DNA of 64,000 bases. It comes from Escherichia coli (GTDB lineage: Bacteria > Pseudomonadota > Gammaproteobacteria > Enterobacterales > Enterobacteriaceae). The translations under genes were made by a program, and so were the position numbers. The notes under the pieces are model-generated. The model ran no database searches. It saw only the letters and a program-made list of their open reading frames with translations, and was not told the DNA's origin. Below, piece by piece: positions 34,262 through 48,553 of the stretch; the first letter of the stretch is position 1, and each line of letters opens with the position of its first letter. The stretch lies in NCBI RefSeq assembly GCF_051903065.1, contig NZ_CP178438.1; one strand, given 5' to 3'.

Positions 34262-35254
34262 TTACTCGCGGAACAGCGCTTCGATATTCAGCCCCTGCGT
34301 TTGCAGGATTTCGCGCAAACGGCGCAGGCCTTCAACCTGAATCTGGCGAACACGTTCACGGGTGAGGCCAATTTCACGACCTACATCTTCCAGTGTTGCC
34401 GCTTCGTACCCCAGCAAACCGAATCGACGTGCCAGTACTTCACGCTGTTTGGCGTTCAGCTCGAACAGCCATTTGACGATGCTCTGCTTCATATCGTCAT
34501 CTTGCGTGGTATCTTCCGGACCGTTCTCTTTTTCATCGGCCAGGATGTCCAGCAACGCTTTTTCGGAATCACCACCCAGCGGGGTGTCTACCGAGGTAAT
34601 GCGCTCGTTAAGACGAAGCATACGGCTGACGTCATCAACTGGCTTATCCAGTTGCTCTGCGATCTCTTCCGCACTTGGTTCATGGTCCAGCTTATGGGAC
34701 AACTCACGTGCGGTTCGCAGGTAAACGTTCAGCTCCTTTACGATGTGAATCGGCAAACGAATAGTACGGGTTTGGTTCATAATCGCCCGTTCAATCGTCT
34801 GGCGAATCCACCAGGTTGCGTATGTTGAGAAGCGGAAACCACGTTCCGGGTCAAACTTCTCTACCGCGCGGATCAGCCCCAGGTTGCCCTCTTCGATAAG
34901 GTCCAGCAACGCCAGACCACGATTGCCATAACGGCGGGCAATTTTTACCACCAGACGCAAGTTACTCTCGATCATCCGGCGGCGAGAGGCGACATCTCCA
35001 CGCAGTGCGCGACGCGCAAAATAAACTTCTTCTTCGGCCGTTAACAGTGGTGAATAACCAATCTCACCAAGGTAAAGCTGAGTCGCGTCCAACACACGCT
35101 GTGTGGCTCCCTGCGATAACAGTTCCTCTTCGGCCAAATCGTTATCACTGGGTTCCTCTTCTACTAAGGCCTTTTCGTCAAAAACCTCAACTCCGTTCTC
35201 ATCAAATTCCGCATCTTCATTTAAATCATGAACTTTCAGCGTATTCTGACTCAT
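34262..35254 (-). CDS. rpoS: Stationary-phase sigma factor RpoS (sigma-38)
   Basis: ORF 34262..35290; start at [21 protein letters not shown] (330 aa); intact with no premature stop; codon 33 is GAG. Confidence 0.96.
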   Translation of the reverse strand: MSQNTLKVHDLNEDAEFDENGVEVFDEKALVEEEPSDNDLAEEELLSQGATQRVLDATQLYLGEIGYSPLLTAEEEVYFARRALRGDVASRRRMIESNLRLVVKIARRYGNRGLALLDLIEEGNLGLIRAVEKFDPERGFRFSTYATWWIRQTIERAIMNQTRTIRLPIHIVKELNVYLRTARELSHKLDHEPSAEEIAEQLDKPVDDVSRMLRLNERITSVDTPLGGDSEKALLDILADEKENGPEDTTQDDDMKQSIVKWLFELNAKQREVLARRFGLLGYEAATLEDVGREIGLTRERVRQIQVEGLRRLREILQTQGLNIEALFRE

Positions 35255-35316
35255 AAGGTGGCTCCTACCCGTGATCCCTTGACGGAACATTCAAGCAAAA
35301 GCCTGGTTCCGCCGAT

Positions 35317-36456
35317 TTATCGCTGCGGCAAATAACGCAGCGGGTTTACGGATTTCCCCTTGTAACGAATTTCAAAATGCAAGCGTGTTGAACTGGTTCC
35401 GGTGCTACCCATGGTTGCTATTTTTTGCCCCGCCTTCACTTCTTGTTGTTCCCGGACCAGCATTGTGTCGTTATGGGCGTAGGCACTCAGGTAATCATCA
35501 TTATGTTTGATGATAATCAGATTACCGTAGCCGCGCAGCGCGTTACCGGCATAAACAACGCGGCCATCTGCGGTCGCGATAATTGCCTGTCCTTTGCTGC
35601 CTGCGATATCAATCCCCTTGTTGCCCCCCTCAGAAGCGCCAAAGGTTTCGATCACTTTGCCCTCAGTCGGCCAGCGCCAGGTGGAGATAGGCGTACTGGT
35701 TGATGTACTGCTGACAGTCGGCTCGGTTGTGCTTGCTGTTGGTACCGTTACAGGCGCTGTGACCGTGGTCGCAGTTGGCTTGTTGTTCGGCAACATTTTG
35801 TTAGCACTCTGTTCACCCGAAGACTCAGAATACGTAATTGTCGGTTGCGACGCAACAGCAACGGTGGAATTTTGTGCAGGCTTGATCACAACTCCTTGCT
35901 CTGCTGCGTCGGCCTGGGTAATGGCATTTCCGCCAGTGATTGGCGTACCGGAAGCATTCCCCACCTGTAAGGTCTGACCAACGTTCAGCGCGTATGGTGC
36001 CTGAATATTGTTGCGCTGAGCAAGGTCACGGAAATCGTTGCCAGTAATCCAGGCGATATAGAAAAGTGTGTCGCCTTTTTTCACGGTGTATGTACTGCCG
36101 CTATAACTGCCTTTCGGAATGTTCCCATACTGACGGTTATAGACGATGCGTCCGTTTTCCATCTGTACCGGCTGCTGAGCTACTGGCTGCACTGGCTGGA
36201 TTTGCGGTTGTTGAGTAGCCTGAATTTGTGGCTGCTGTACCGGCTGAATTTGCGGTTGCTGCGCTGTAGACGTCGTCCCCATTTTCGGCGGCGGCGTAAT
36301 CAACATACCAGAATTGGTATTTGCAGGCGCATTGCCATTGACGGAACTGACCGGTGCCGGTGGATTTGAAGTGTCAGAACAGCCTGCCAGCCATAGCGAA
36401 ACCAGTGACAAAGCCGCAATGCGGCGAACGGTGAATTTTGGGCTTCCCGCGCTCAT
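35317..36456 (-). CDS. nlpD: Lipoprotein NlpD (LysM + M23 peptidase-like; amidase activator)
   Basis: 379 aa; lipobox LAGCS; proline/glutamine-rich repeat ([13 protein letters not shown]...). Confidence 0.93.
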   Translation of the reverse strand: MSAGSPKFTVRRIAALSLVSLWLAGCSDTSNPPAPVSSVNGNAPANTNSGMLITPPPKMGTTSTAQQPQIQPVQQPQIQATQQPQIQPVQPVAQQPVQMENGRIVYNRQYGNIPKGSYSGSTYTVKKGDTLFYIAWITGNDFRDLAQRNNIQAPYALNVGQTLQVGNASGTPITGGNAITQADAAEQGVVIKPAQNSTVAVASQPTITYSESSGEQSANKMLPNNKPTATTVTAPVTVPTASTTEPTVSSTSTSTPISTWRWPTEGKVIETFGASEGGNKGIDIAGSKGQAIIATADGRVVYAGNALRGYGNLIIIKHNDDYLSAYAHNDTMLVREQQEVKAGQKIATMGSTGTSSTRLHFEIRYKGKSVNPLRYLPQR

Positions 36457-36595
36457 TTATCCCCCAGGAAAAATTGGTTAATAACCAGTGACATAATTAC
36501 CGTGCAAGGCACCATACTGAACACTGGAAAAGATGTTCACGATACGCTGACCTGCGGCAAAATAACCAGGAAAAATCCAGGTATTTCCTCACGTT

Positions 36596-37957
<1,362 letters not shown>

Positions 37958-37977
<20 letters not shown>

Positions 37978-39007
37978 AATCACCTGTTGTGTTGATAAGT
38001 TCCCTGACAACGCTGGTTGCAAAACTACCCGCCGGAAGCCAGAAACGGATCTCTACGGTGACGTCATCCCACCAGTTCCAGCTTAATTGTTGCGGATACA
38101 GCAGCATCGCTCTGCGCGCGGCTTCAACTTTTTCGCGCACCAGTAAGGTTTGTAATTCAGTTTCTGCGGCGACCGCTGCTTGTTCGAATGCCAACGCTTC
38201 ACGCTGAGTTCCCCATTCGCCACTGCCCGGCAATGCGGCGGTTATCATCAGCTCTTTATCGTTGACGCGACGCTGTAATTCCGCCAGTTCTTCGGTGGTT
38301 GCTACAAACCAGCTACCACGTCCGGCTAATTGTAGCGCATCGCCGTCAACAACTTGATTAACGTCTGCTTTTTTGAGGCGCTCAGCAACAATCTGATTAA
38401 ACAACGCACTGCGGGCTGCCGACAACCAAAAACTCCGTTTATTGCGATCGCGCACCGGAGTATTGGTTTGCGCCCAGCGCAGCGCGCCCTGCAAGTTGCT
38501 ACCGCCAATCCCAAAACGTTGGGCACCGAAGTAGTTCGGTACACCTTTTACGCAAATATCGATCAGACGTTGTTCAACGTCATCGCGATTGCTCACTTCG
38601 CGCAGAACCAGGGTAAAGGCGTTACCTTTCAGCGCCCCTAAACGCAGCTTGCGCTTGTGCCGCGCATACTCCAGCACTTGGCAGCCTTCCAATTGAAAGG
38701 CGCTCAGATCGGGCATTTCCTTGCCCGGCACGCGAGCACATAACCACTGTTCCGTTACAGCATGTTTGTCTTTTTGCCCAGCGAAGCTGACTTCACGGGC
38801 ATGAATTTTCAGGAATTTCGCCAGTGCATCCGCCACAAAACGGGTATTGCAGCCGTTTTTGAGGATTCTAACCAGAATATGCTCACCTTCACCATCAGGC
38901 TCAAAGCCCAAATCTTCCACCACCACAAAGTCTTCCGGATTGGCTTTCAGCAGCCCGGTGCCTTGCGGTTTACCGTGGAGGTAAGTGAGATTATCAAACT
39001 CAATCAT
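37958..39007 (-). CDS. truD: tRNA pseudouridine(13) synthase TruD
   Basis: 349 aa; position between ispF and surE. Confidence 0.9.
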
Positions 39008-39483
39008 TTTGTTGCCTTAATGAGTAGCGCCACCGCTTCACAGGCTATCCCTTCCCCACGTCCGGTAAATCCAAGTTTTTCCGTAGTAGTGGCTTTCACG
39101 TTAACATCATCCATATGGCAGCCGAGATCTTCGGCAATAAACACGCGCATTTGTGGAATGTGCGGCAACATCTTCGGTGCCTGAGCGATGATAGTGACAT
39201 CGACGTTGCCAAGGGTATAACCCTTCGCCTGAATACGACGCCAGGCTTCGCGTAGCAGCTCGCGGCTATCGGCACCTTTAAATGCCGGATCGGTATCCGG
39301 GAACAGCTTGCCGATATCCCCCAGCGCCGCCGCGCCAAGCAATGCATCGGTCAACGCATGGAGCGCCACGTCGCCATCAGAATGCGCCAGCAATCCTTTT
39401 TCGTAAGGAATGCGTACGCCACCAATGATAATTGGGCCTTCACCGCCAAAGGCGTGTACGTCAAAACCGTGTCCAATTCGCAT
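39004..39483 (-). CDS. ispF: 2-C-methyl-D-erythritol 2,4-cyclodiphosphate synthase
   Basis: 159 aa; [15 protein letters not shown]-terminus. Confidence 0.95.
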
Positions 39484-40193
39484 TATGTATTCTCCTGATG
39501 GATGGTTCGGGTGAGGTAAAACTCGGCCAGTGCCAAATCCTCCGGGCGCGTGACTTTAATGTTATCCGCACGGCCTTCGACCAACTGAGGATGGAATCCG
39601 CAATATTCCAGCGCCGAGGCTTCGTCGGTAATAGTCGCGCCTTCATTTAGAGCGCGCGTCAGACAGTCATGTAACAGCTCACGAGGGAAAAATTGCGGCG
39701 TCAGCGCGTGCCATAAGCCGTTGCGATCAACGGTATGAGCAATGGCATTTTTGCCCGGTTCGGCACGTTTCATAGTATCGCGCACTGGTGCTGCTAGGAT
39801 CCCTCCCGTGCGGCTGGTTTCGCTCAACGCCAACAATCGCGCGAGGTCATCCTGATGCAGACAAGGACGAGCGGCGTCATGCACCAATACCCACTGCGCG
39901 TCGCCAGCGGCTTTCAAACCTGCCAGCACGGAATCGGCACGCTCATCACCGCCATCTACAACGGTGATTTGCGGATGATTCGCCAGAGGAAGTTGTGCAA
40001 AACGGCTATCGCCAGGACTTATGGCAATGACGACACGTTTCACCCGGGGATGCGCCAGCAGCGCATGCACCGAGTGTTCAAGAATGGTTTGATTACCGAT
40101 TGAGAGATATTGCTTAGGACATTCCGTTTGCATTCGACGGCCAAATCCGGCCGCCGGAACCACGGCGCAAACATCCAAATGAGTGGTTGCCAT
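39483..40193 (-). CDS. ispD: 2-C-methyl-D-erythritol 4-phosphate cytidylyltransferase
   Basis: 236 aa; [11 protein letters not shown] motif. Confidence 0.95.
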
Positions 40194-40211
40194 GTTAATT
40201 CCCGGGCTGAT

Positions 40212-40523
40212 TTATCGATTGTTTTGCCCCGCAGACTGTGCGCGCTTCGACGCGTCAGGTACCAGACGATAAAAAGTTTCGCCCGGCCTGGTCATGCTGA
40301 GTTCATTACGCGCACGCTCTTCGAGCGCCTCCTGGCCGCCATTGAGATCGTCAATTTCGGCAAAAAGTTGATCGTTTCGCGCTTTAAGTTTCGCGTTTGT
40401 AGCTTGCTGTGCCGCCACATCATCATTGACGCGGGTATAGTCATGTATACCGTTCTTACCGAACCACAGCGAATACTGTAGCCAGACCAGAATAGCCAGC
40501 AACAGCAGCGTTAGTTTACCCAT
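40212..40523 (-). CDS. ftsB: Cell division protein FtsB
   Basis: 103 aa; N-terminal transmembrane segment then coiled coil. Confidence 0.92.
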
Positions 40524-40716
40524 CCTGCCCCCTGAAAAACGGCATCATCATCCCATGCATCCGAAGACGACTCTACATCCTCTGTTGGGGATACCGCGAC
40601 AACGCGGGCAAATGTACCACATTTGTCCATTGTTACGTATACCCAGGGCGTGCAGAACATAATCTCATTATTAGTTACGGTTTGAATTATGAACAGAGGA
40701 GACGAGAAAGTACAAA

Positions 40717-41040
40717 TTAGCCCAGTAGCCACATAAACAGTGCGCCAAACATAATGCCTACTGTCACCAGGGTGAAAACAATACTGTAGCGTAGCTTTCC
40801 GTCCATCAATGAATGCAGCGCAATCCCCACCACTACCGCGACGGGCATCAGCGCCAGAAAGAAAGGCCAGGTGTAGATAAAGAAGAACAGCGTGTTAGAG
40901 CCATAAATCAACATCGGCATCGCCAGCGCAAATAACCAGGAGATAAAACCGACCACGGCACCAGGCAGTGACCATGTGGTTTCTTCATCCTCAGTAAGGC
41001 TGTCGTTATTTGTTAGTGTAATGTTATGGCTATTACGCAT
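40717..41040 (-). CDS. ygbE: Small inner-membrane protein YgbE
   Basis: 107 aa, predicted multi-pass hydrophobic protein. Confidence 0.8.
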   Translation of the reverse strand: MRNSHNITLTNNDSLTEDEETTWSLPGAVVGFISWLFALAMPMLIYGSNTLFFFIYTWPFFLALMPVAVVVGIALHSLMDGKLRYSIVFTLVTVGIMFGALFMWLLG

Positions 41041-41089
41041 ATTTGATCCTGTTACTTTGACGAACCGGGCATGGAAACCCGGTGGTGTC

Positions 41090-41695
41090 TCAGGATCTGA
41101 TAATATCGTTCTGTCTCAACAGATCTAATAATTGCTGTACCAAATTTGTTACTAATTGTTCACCATTGAGATGAATTTCTGCCGATTCAGGCGCTTCGTA
41201 AACGGAATCTATTCCCGTAAAGTTGCGCAGTTCACCGGCACGCGCTTTCTTATATAAGCCTTTGGGATCGCGGGCTTCGCAAATCGCCAGCGGCGTATCG
41301 ACAAACACTTCGATAAAGCGCCCTTCTCCTACGCGTTCGCGAACCATCTGGCGTTCGGCGCGGTGTGGCGAGATAAATGCGGTCAGCACCACCAGTCCGG
41401 CTTCAACCATCAAATTCGCCACTTCACCGACGCGACGGATATTCTCTTTACGATCGGCATCGCTAAAACCGAGATCGCTGCATAATCCGTGGCGAACATT
41501 ATCGCCATCCAGCAGATACGTACTGACGCCGAGTTTATGTAACGCCTCCTCCAGCGCCCCGGCAACCGTTGATTTACCGGACCCGGAGAGGCCGGTAAAC
41601 CACAGCACTACACCACGATGACCGTGGTGTAGCTCGCGTTGTTGCACAGTGACCGGATGGCTATGCCAGACGACGTTTTCGTCATGCAGCGCCAT
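41090..41695 (-). CDS. cysC: Adenylyl-sulfate (APS) kinase
   Basis: 201 aa; P-loop GLSGSGKST. Confidence 0.95.
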
Positions 41696-43122
41696 TATTT
41701 ATCCCCCAGCAAATCGCGCGCGCCCCAGTGTGGAAAGTGGCGGCGAACCAGGGCATTCAATTCCAGTTCGAATGCACTAAATTCAGATGGCGCAGCAGTT
41801 GCCTGGCTAACTGGCTCCTGCACCATACCGGCACCTACGGTCACATTGCTCAGGCGATCGATAAAAATCAGCCCACCGGTAACCGGGTTTTGCTGATAAC
41901 GATCTAACACCAGTGGCTCGTCAAAAGTGAGATCCACCAGGCCGATGCCGTTCAGCGGCAGGTTTTCAACTTCGCGTTGGGTAAGGTTATTAATATCAAC
42001 CTGATAACGAATGCCATCAACACGAGCACGCGTCTTCTTACCGGCAATTTTGATGTCATAACTCTGGCCCGGGGAAAGCGGCTGTTCCGCCATCCATACC
42101 ACATCCACCGACGCGCTCTGCACAGCTGGTAACGCTTCGTCTGCCGCCAGCAGCAGATCGCCACGGCTGATGTCGATCTCATCCGTCAGCACCAGGGTGA
42201 TCGCTTCTCCGGCAAAGGCTTCTTCGCGATCACCATCAAAAGTCACGATCCGCGCGACGTTTGATTCCACACCAGAGGGCAGCACTTTTACACGTTGCCC
42301 GACTTCCACGCGACCGGATGCCAGCGTTCCGGCGTAGCCACGAAAATCGAGATTTGGGCGGTTAACGTACTGCACCGGGAAGCGCATTGGCTGGGCATCC
42401 ACCACTCGCTGGATCTCCACGGTTTCCAGCACTTCGAGCAGTGTCGGACCGCTGTACCACGGCATACTTTCACTTTGCGAAGCCACGTTGTCACCTTCCA
42501 GTGCGGAGAGCGGCACAAAGCGGATATCCAGATTACCCGGCAGCTGCCCGGCAAAGGTCAGATAATCTTCACGAATACGGGTGAACGTCTCTTCACTGTA
42601 ATCCACCAGATCCATTTTGTTGATCGCCACGACCAGATGTTTGATCCCCAGCAGCGTGGAGATAAAACTGTGACGACGGGTTTGATCGAGTACGCCTTTA
42701 CGGGCATCGATCAGTAAGATCGCTAGTTCGCATGTCGATGCGCCAGTCGCCATATTGCGGGTGTACTGCTCGTGCCCTGGGGTGTCGGCGATAATAAATT
42801 TACGCTTCTCGGTAGAGAAATAGCGGTAGGCCACATCAATAGTGATGCCCTGTTCGCGCTCAGCTTGCAGGCCGTCCACCAGCAGAGCCAGATCCAGCTT
42901 TTCGCCCTGGGTGCCGTGACGCTTACTGTCGTTATGCAGCGATGAGAGCTGATCTTCATAGATTTGGCGGGTATCGTGCAGCAGACGACCAATCAGGGTA
43001 CTTTTGCCGTCATCGACGCTACCACAGGTCAGAAAACGCAGCAGGCTTTTATGTTGTTGCGCAATCATCCAGGCTTCGACGCCGCCTTCATTGGCGATTT
43101 GTTGTGCAAGTGCGGTGTTCAT
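41695..43122 (-). CDS. cysN: Sulfate adenylyltransferase subunit 1 (GTPase)
   Basis: 475 aa; GTPase motifs GSVDDGKST and DTPGH. Confidence 0.95.
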
Positions 43123-43123
43123 C

Positions 43124-44032
43124 TTAAAAATACCCCTGACGTTTTTTCAGCTCCATGGATCCCGCCTGGTCGCGGTCAATCACGCGGCCCTGACGTTCAC
43201 TGGTGGTGGAAACCAGCATCTCTTCGATGATTTCCGGCAGTGTTTGTGCATTTGACTCCACCGCACCGGTCAGCGGCCAGCAGCCCAGCGTACGGAAACG
43301 CACCATCCGTTTTTTGATCACTTCGCCCGGTTGCAGGTCGATACGGTTGTCATCAATCATCATCAACATACCGTCGCGTTCCAGAACCGGACGTTCCGCA
43401 GCGAGATACAGCGGCACAATGTCGATATTTTCCAGCCAGATGTATTGCCAGATATCCTGCTCGGTCCAGTTAGAGAGCGGGAAGACGCGGATGCTTTCGC
43501 CTTTGTTAATTTGCCCGTTGTAGTTGTGCCACAGCTCCGGGCGCTGATTTTTCGGATCCCAGCGATGGAAGCGGTCACGGAAAGAATAGATTCGCTCTTT
43601 AGCACGGGATTTCTCTTCGTCACGGCGCGCACCACCGAAGGCGGCATCAAAACCGTATTTGTTCAGTGCCTGTTTCAGACCTTCAGTTTTCATAATATCG
43701 GTATGTTTCGCGCTGCCGTGCACGAATGGATTAATCCCCATCGCCACGCCTTCCGGGTTTTTATGCACCAGCAGCTCGCAGCCGTAGGCTTTCGCCGTAC
43801 GATCGCGGAACTCATACATCTCGCGGAATTTCCAGCCGGTATCAACATGCAGCAACGGGAAAGGCAGCGTACCTGGATAAAACGCCTTGCGCGCCAGATG
43901 CAGCATGACGCTGGAATCTTTACCGATAGAGTAGAGCATCACCGGATTTGAAAATTCTGCCGCCACCTCGCGAATAATGTGGATGCTTTCCGCCTCCAGT
44001 TGCCGCAGGTGAGTAAGTCGTTTTTGATCCAT
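43124..44032 (-). CDS. cysD: Sulfate adenylyltransferase subunit 2
   Basis: 302 aa; PAPS-reductase-like fold. Confidence 0.95.
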   Translation of the reverse strand: MDQKRLTHLRQLEAESIHIIREVAAEFSNPVMLYSIGKDSSVMLHLARKAFYPGTLPFPLLHVDTGWKFREMYEFRDRTAKAYGCELLVHKNPEGVAMGINPFVHGSAKHTDIMKTEGLKQALNKYGFDAAFGGARRDEEKSRAKERIYSFRDRFHRWDPKNQRPELWHNYNGQINKGESIRVFPLSNWTEQDIWQYIWLENIDIVPLYLAAERPVLERDGMLMMIDDNRIDLQPGEVIKKRMVRFRTLGCWPLTGAVESNAQTLPEIIEEMLVSTTSERQGRVIDRDQAGSMELKKRQGYF

Positions 44033-44283
44033 AACCGTTCCTTTGCAATACCGCTATTTTCTTGCCATCAGATGTTTCGACTATAGGGAGCGTAAGAGAA
44101 CGAATGAAATTACCAATTAGAATGAGTAGTTCCTTAACGGAATAACGATTTGGCAAAGCTAATATCAAAAAGTGCTTAAGGCACCGGATTTCGGGCGTTT
44201 AGGAAGATTTGAAATTGTTTTAGCGCAGCGGCAGTTTCATACTATGGCGGTAAAAAAATTTGCATGGTATTTAAGGACTCACT

Positions 44284-45321
44284 ATGTTTTCCGCATTGCG
44301 CCACCGTACCGCTGCCTTGGCGCTCGGCGTATGCTTTATTCTCCCCGTACACGCCTCGTCACCTAAACCTGGCGATTTTGCTAATACTCAGGCACGACAT
44401 ATTGCTACTTTCTTTCCGGGACGCATGACCGGAACTCCTGCAGAAATGTTATCTGCCGATTATATTCGCCAACAGTTTCAGCAAATGGGTTATCGCAGTG
44501 ATATTCGGACATTTAATAGTCGGTATATTTATACCGCCCGCGATAATCGTAAGAGCTGGCATAACGTGACGGGAAGTACGGTGATTGCCGCTCATGAAGG
44601 CAAAGCCCCGCAGCAGATCATCATTATGGCGCATCTGGATACTTACGCCCCGCTGAGCGATGCTGACGCCGATGCCAATCTCGGCGGGCTGACGTTACAA
44701 GGAATGGATGATAACGCCGCAGGTTTAGGTGTCATGCTGGAATTGGCAGAACGCCTGAAAAATACGCCTACCGAGTATGGTATTCGATTTGTGGCGACCA
44801 GCGGCGAAGAGGAAGGGAAATTAGGCGCTGAGAATTTACTCAAGCGGATGAGTGACACCGAAAAGAAAAATACGCTGCTGGTGATTAATCTCGATAACTT
44901 AATTGTTGGCGATAAATTGTATTTCAACAGCGGTGTAAAAACCCCTGAAGCAGTAAGGAAATTAACGCGCGACAGGGCGCTGGCAATTGCGCGTAGTCAT
45001 GGAATTGCCGCAACGACCAATCCGGGTTTGAATAAAAATTATCCGAAAGGCACTGGGTGTTGTAATGACGCAGAAATATTCGACAAAGCGGGCATTGCTG
45101 TACTTTCGGTGGAAGCGACTAACTGGAATCTTGGGAATAAGGATGGTTATCAGCAACGCGCAAAAACACCTGCCTTCCCGGCGGGAAATAGCTGGCATGA
45201 CGTAAGACTGGATAATCAACAACATATTGATAAGGCACTTCCTGGAAGAATAGAACGTCGCTGCCGTGATGTTATGCGGATAATGCTACCGTTGGTGAAG
45301 GAGCTGGCGAAGGCGTCTTGA
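44284..45321 (+). CDS. iap: Alkaline phosphatase isozyme conversion aminopeptidase
   Basis: 345 aa; signal peptide then M28-type peptidase domain; stop TGA 45319-45321 directly precedes the CRISPR array. Confidence 0.92.
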   Translation: MFSALRHRTAALALGVCFILPVHASSPKPGDFANTQARHIATFFPGRMTGTPAEMLSADYIRQQFQQMGYRSDIRTFNSRYIYTARDNRKSWHNVTGSTVIAAHEGKAPQQIIIMAHLDTYAPLSDADADANLGGLTLQGMDDNAAGLGVMLELAERLKNTPTEYGIRFVATSGEEEGKLGAENLLKRMSDTEKKNTLLVINLDNLIVGDKLYFNSGVKTPEAVRKLTRDRALAIARSHGIAATTNPGLNKNYPKGTGCCNDAEIFDKAGIAVLSVEATNWNLGNKDGYQQRAKTPAFPAGNSWHDVRLDNQQHIDKALPGRIERRCRDVMRIMLPLVKELAKAS

Positions 45322-45341
45322 TGGGTTGGAAAATGGGAGCT

Positions 45342-45858
45342 GGGTGTTCTACCGCAGGGGCGGGGAATTCTCAGTGATATCCATCATCGCATCCAGTGCG
45401 CCCGGTTTATCCCCGCTGGCGCGGGGAACACGTGTGGCACTCTGCGTCTGGTATTAAATCATTCGGTTTATCCCCGCTGGCGCGGGGAACACCCGCCACG
45501 CCGTGCGCATCAACAGATATACGCAGGTTTATCCCCGCTGGCGCGGGGAACACAAACCGAAACACACGATCAATCCGAATATGAGCGGTTTATCCCCGCT
45601 GGCGCGGGGAACACCGAAAAGGCACCGTGCCGGTGACGTTCAATTCCGGTTTATCCCCGCTGGCGCGGGGAACACCGTTTTCACTCACTGGCAATCTCCG
45701 AGCAGAGCGGTTTATCCCCGCTGGCGCGGGGAACACGTGCGAATACCGTGTAAAAAATTAGTGTTATTCGGTTTATCCCCGCTGGCGCGGGGAACACTCA
45801 CGGTAGCGCCACTGCGCGTCGGTGACGGGCGGTTTATCCCCGCTGGCGCGGGGAACAC
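45342..45858 (-). CRISPR. Type I-E CRISPR array: 8 canonical 29-bp repeats plus one degenerate terminal repeat, 8 spacers
   Basis: Repeat on + strand CGGTTTATCCCCGCTGGCGCGGGGAACAC at 45403, 45464, 45525 (first base A), 45586, 45647, 45708, 45769, 45830; 61-bp period; degenerate iap-proximal repeat 45342-45370 matches 19/29; spacers 32 bp; leader at the high-coordinate end, so crRNA is read from the minus strand. Confidence 0.97.
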
Positions 45859-45954
45859 ACTAAGCATACATATCTGTTTTTAAACAAATTTATTCCACAT
45901 CAACAATCTACCAACTAAATTCAAACATTTCCTTATTTTTAAAGAACACATAAC
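45859..45954 (-). promoter_or_regulatory. CRISPR leader (AT-rich, carries the array promoter)
   Basis: 96-bp AT-rich segment between cas2 stop and the leader-proximal repeat. Confidence 0.8.
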
Positions 45955-47164
<1,210 letters not shown>

Positions 47165-47168
<4 letters not shown>

Positions 47169-47815
47169 ACCTCTGCTCCGGGTTTGATCAGCATCAGACC
47201 ACAGCCGAACGCGCGGCTTTTGCCATACCCCTGACTGAGACGTTGCAGAAATAACCCGGGATCGGTGACCGTAAGCATCCCCGTATAATCCACGCTACTG
47301 AACTGGATCAGTTGCCGGGAGTTTTCCCGCCGCAGTTGCTGTTGTCGGTAGGCATCAACCGAGGTATCCAGCAGTGTAAAACCGCTTCTCTCCCCCTGCG
47401 CTGCCAGCCAGTCCAGCGCCGCCTGTTGTTGATGCAACCAGACATCACGCCCTTCCGCCTGTCCCCTCACCTGCCGTTTCGCCTCCATCAGCAGATCGTG
47501 GCGCTTGCCCGCTTTACAAATTGTGGGATTCGCCCGCAGGTTGAAACAAAGGGATTGTCCGGTACGCAGCTCCGGAGCAAATGACCGGCATTCGATAGTG
47601 AAAGTTTCACTTTCCGCCGGGCGTTCCTGCGAGAGGACAAAAAAGCGAAACGCACCCTGAAGTTCCTCCCGACGATAAAGAAATTGCCTTTCTTTGCCGC
47701 CAGGGAAGAGATCCCACAGCCACTGATGCATCACATATTCACCGCGATCCACCAGATGCAGCAACTGCGCAGGCAAAAGCTGAGCGGTATGTAAGGTTAT
47801 TCTTGAGAGGTACAT
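47165..47815 (-). CDS. casE: Cas6e (CasE) crRNA endoribonuclease
   Basis: ORF 47165..47953; start placed at MYLSRITL (ATG 47815, AGGAGG RBS), 216 aa; C-terminal glycine-rich segment GYGKSRAFGCGLM. Confidence 0.88.
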
Positions 47816-48543
47816 GGTTCCTCCTTGCTGAGCCACGGCCCCTGATTGACGGTGCGTTCCCCAAACAGCCACTGCTGGCGATTTAAAGGAACATCCCGGC
47901 GGCGTAATATTTTGCTCACGACCAGGCCGTCGTGCTCCCCTTCCCACCAGCATTCATCCTGAAGTTTCGGGAGTGAGACTTTCAGGTCGTGGAAATGATC
48001 CTGATACTGTTGGTATGCGTTACGTAAAACATCAGACGCGTTGCCTTCGAGCAGTAACGGCGCAAGTGGTAATGCCAGCGGATGACTTTTTCGCCCCAGA
48101 TAAAGAGGAAAAACTGGATGGCGTAAACCGCCCTGCAACTGTTCGAGGCTGTAAGGCGCATCGGCTGTTGTTGCCACCGCCACCATCCACCAGGCGTCGG
48201 TGTAGTAGTCGCGCCGGGAGATAATCGCGCTCAGAAGATCAGAGTCGCTCAACTCTTCGCGACGGCTGAAATAACGCGCTTTGCGCACCTCTTTTGGCAT
48301 CTGGATCGTGTGATAATCCCGTGCCCAGCGCGGGTTACGGCTGGCGCAAACCACCAGTGAATAGTGGCGATTAAACGCGTTTAAGCGTTCGGTATCATCA
48401 CGCCGAATCCCTACCCCGGCAGCCAGCAGACCCAGCAATGCTGAGCGCGAAGGCAGTTCATGGGTATGACGCACTTCGCCGGGGGCATCGACGCCCCAGG
48501 ATGCCATTGGCCCATGAAGCTGAAAAATCAGATATTGGCTCAT
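47797..48543 (-). CDS. casD: Cas5e (CasD) Cascade subunit
   Basis: 248 aa; N-terminus MSQYLIFQLHGPMASWG. Confidence 0.88.
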   Translation of the reverse strand: MSQYLIFQLHGPMASWGVDAPGEVRHTHELPSRSALLGLLAAGVGIRRDDTERLNAFNRHYSLVVCASRNPRWARDYHTIQMPKEVRKARYFSRREELSDSDLLSAIISRRDYYTDAWWMVAVATTADAPYSLEQLQGGLRHPVFPLYLGRKSHPLALPLAPLLLEGNASDVLRNAYQQYQDHFHDLKVSLPKLQDECWWEGEHDGLVVSKILRRRDVPLNRQQWLFGERTVNQGPWLSKEEPCTSQE

Positions 48544-48553
48544 AAGCCGCCCC

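Noticed and set aside
45396-45883. ORFs of 62 and 126 aa running through the CRISPR array
   Set aside because: Their translations are the repeat read in frame (recurring YPRWRGEH / SPLARGT peptides); they are artefacts of the array.
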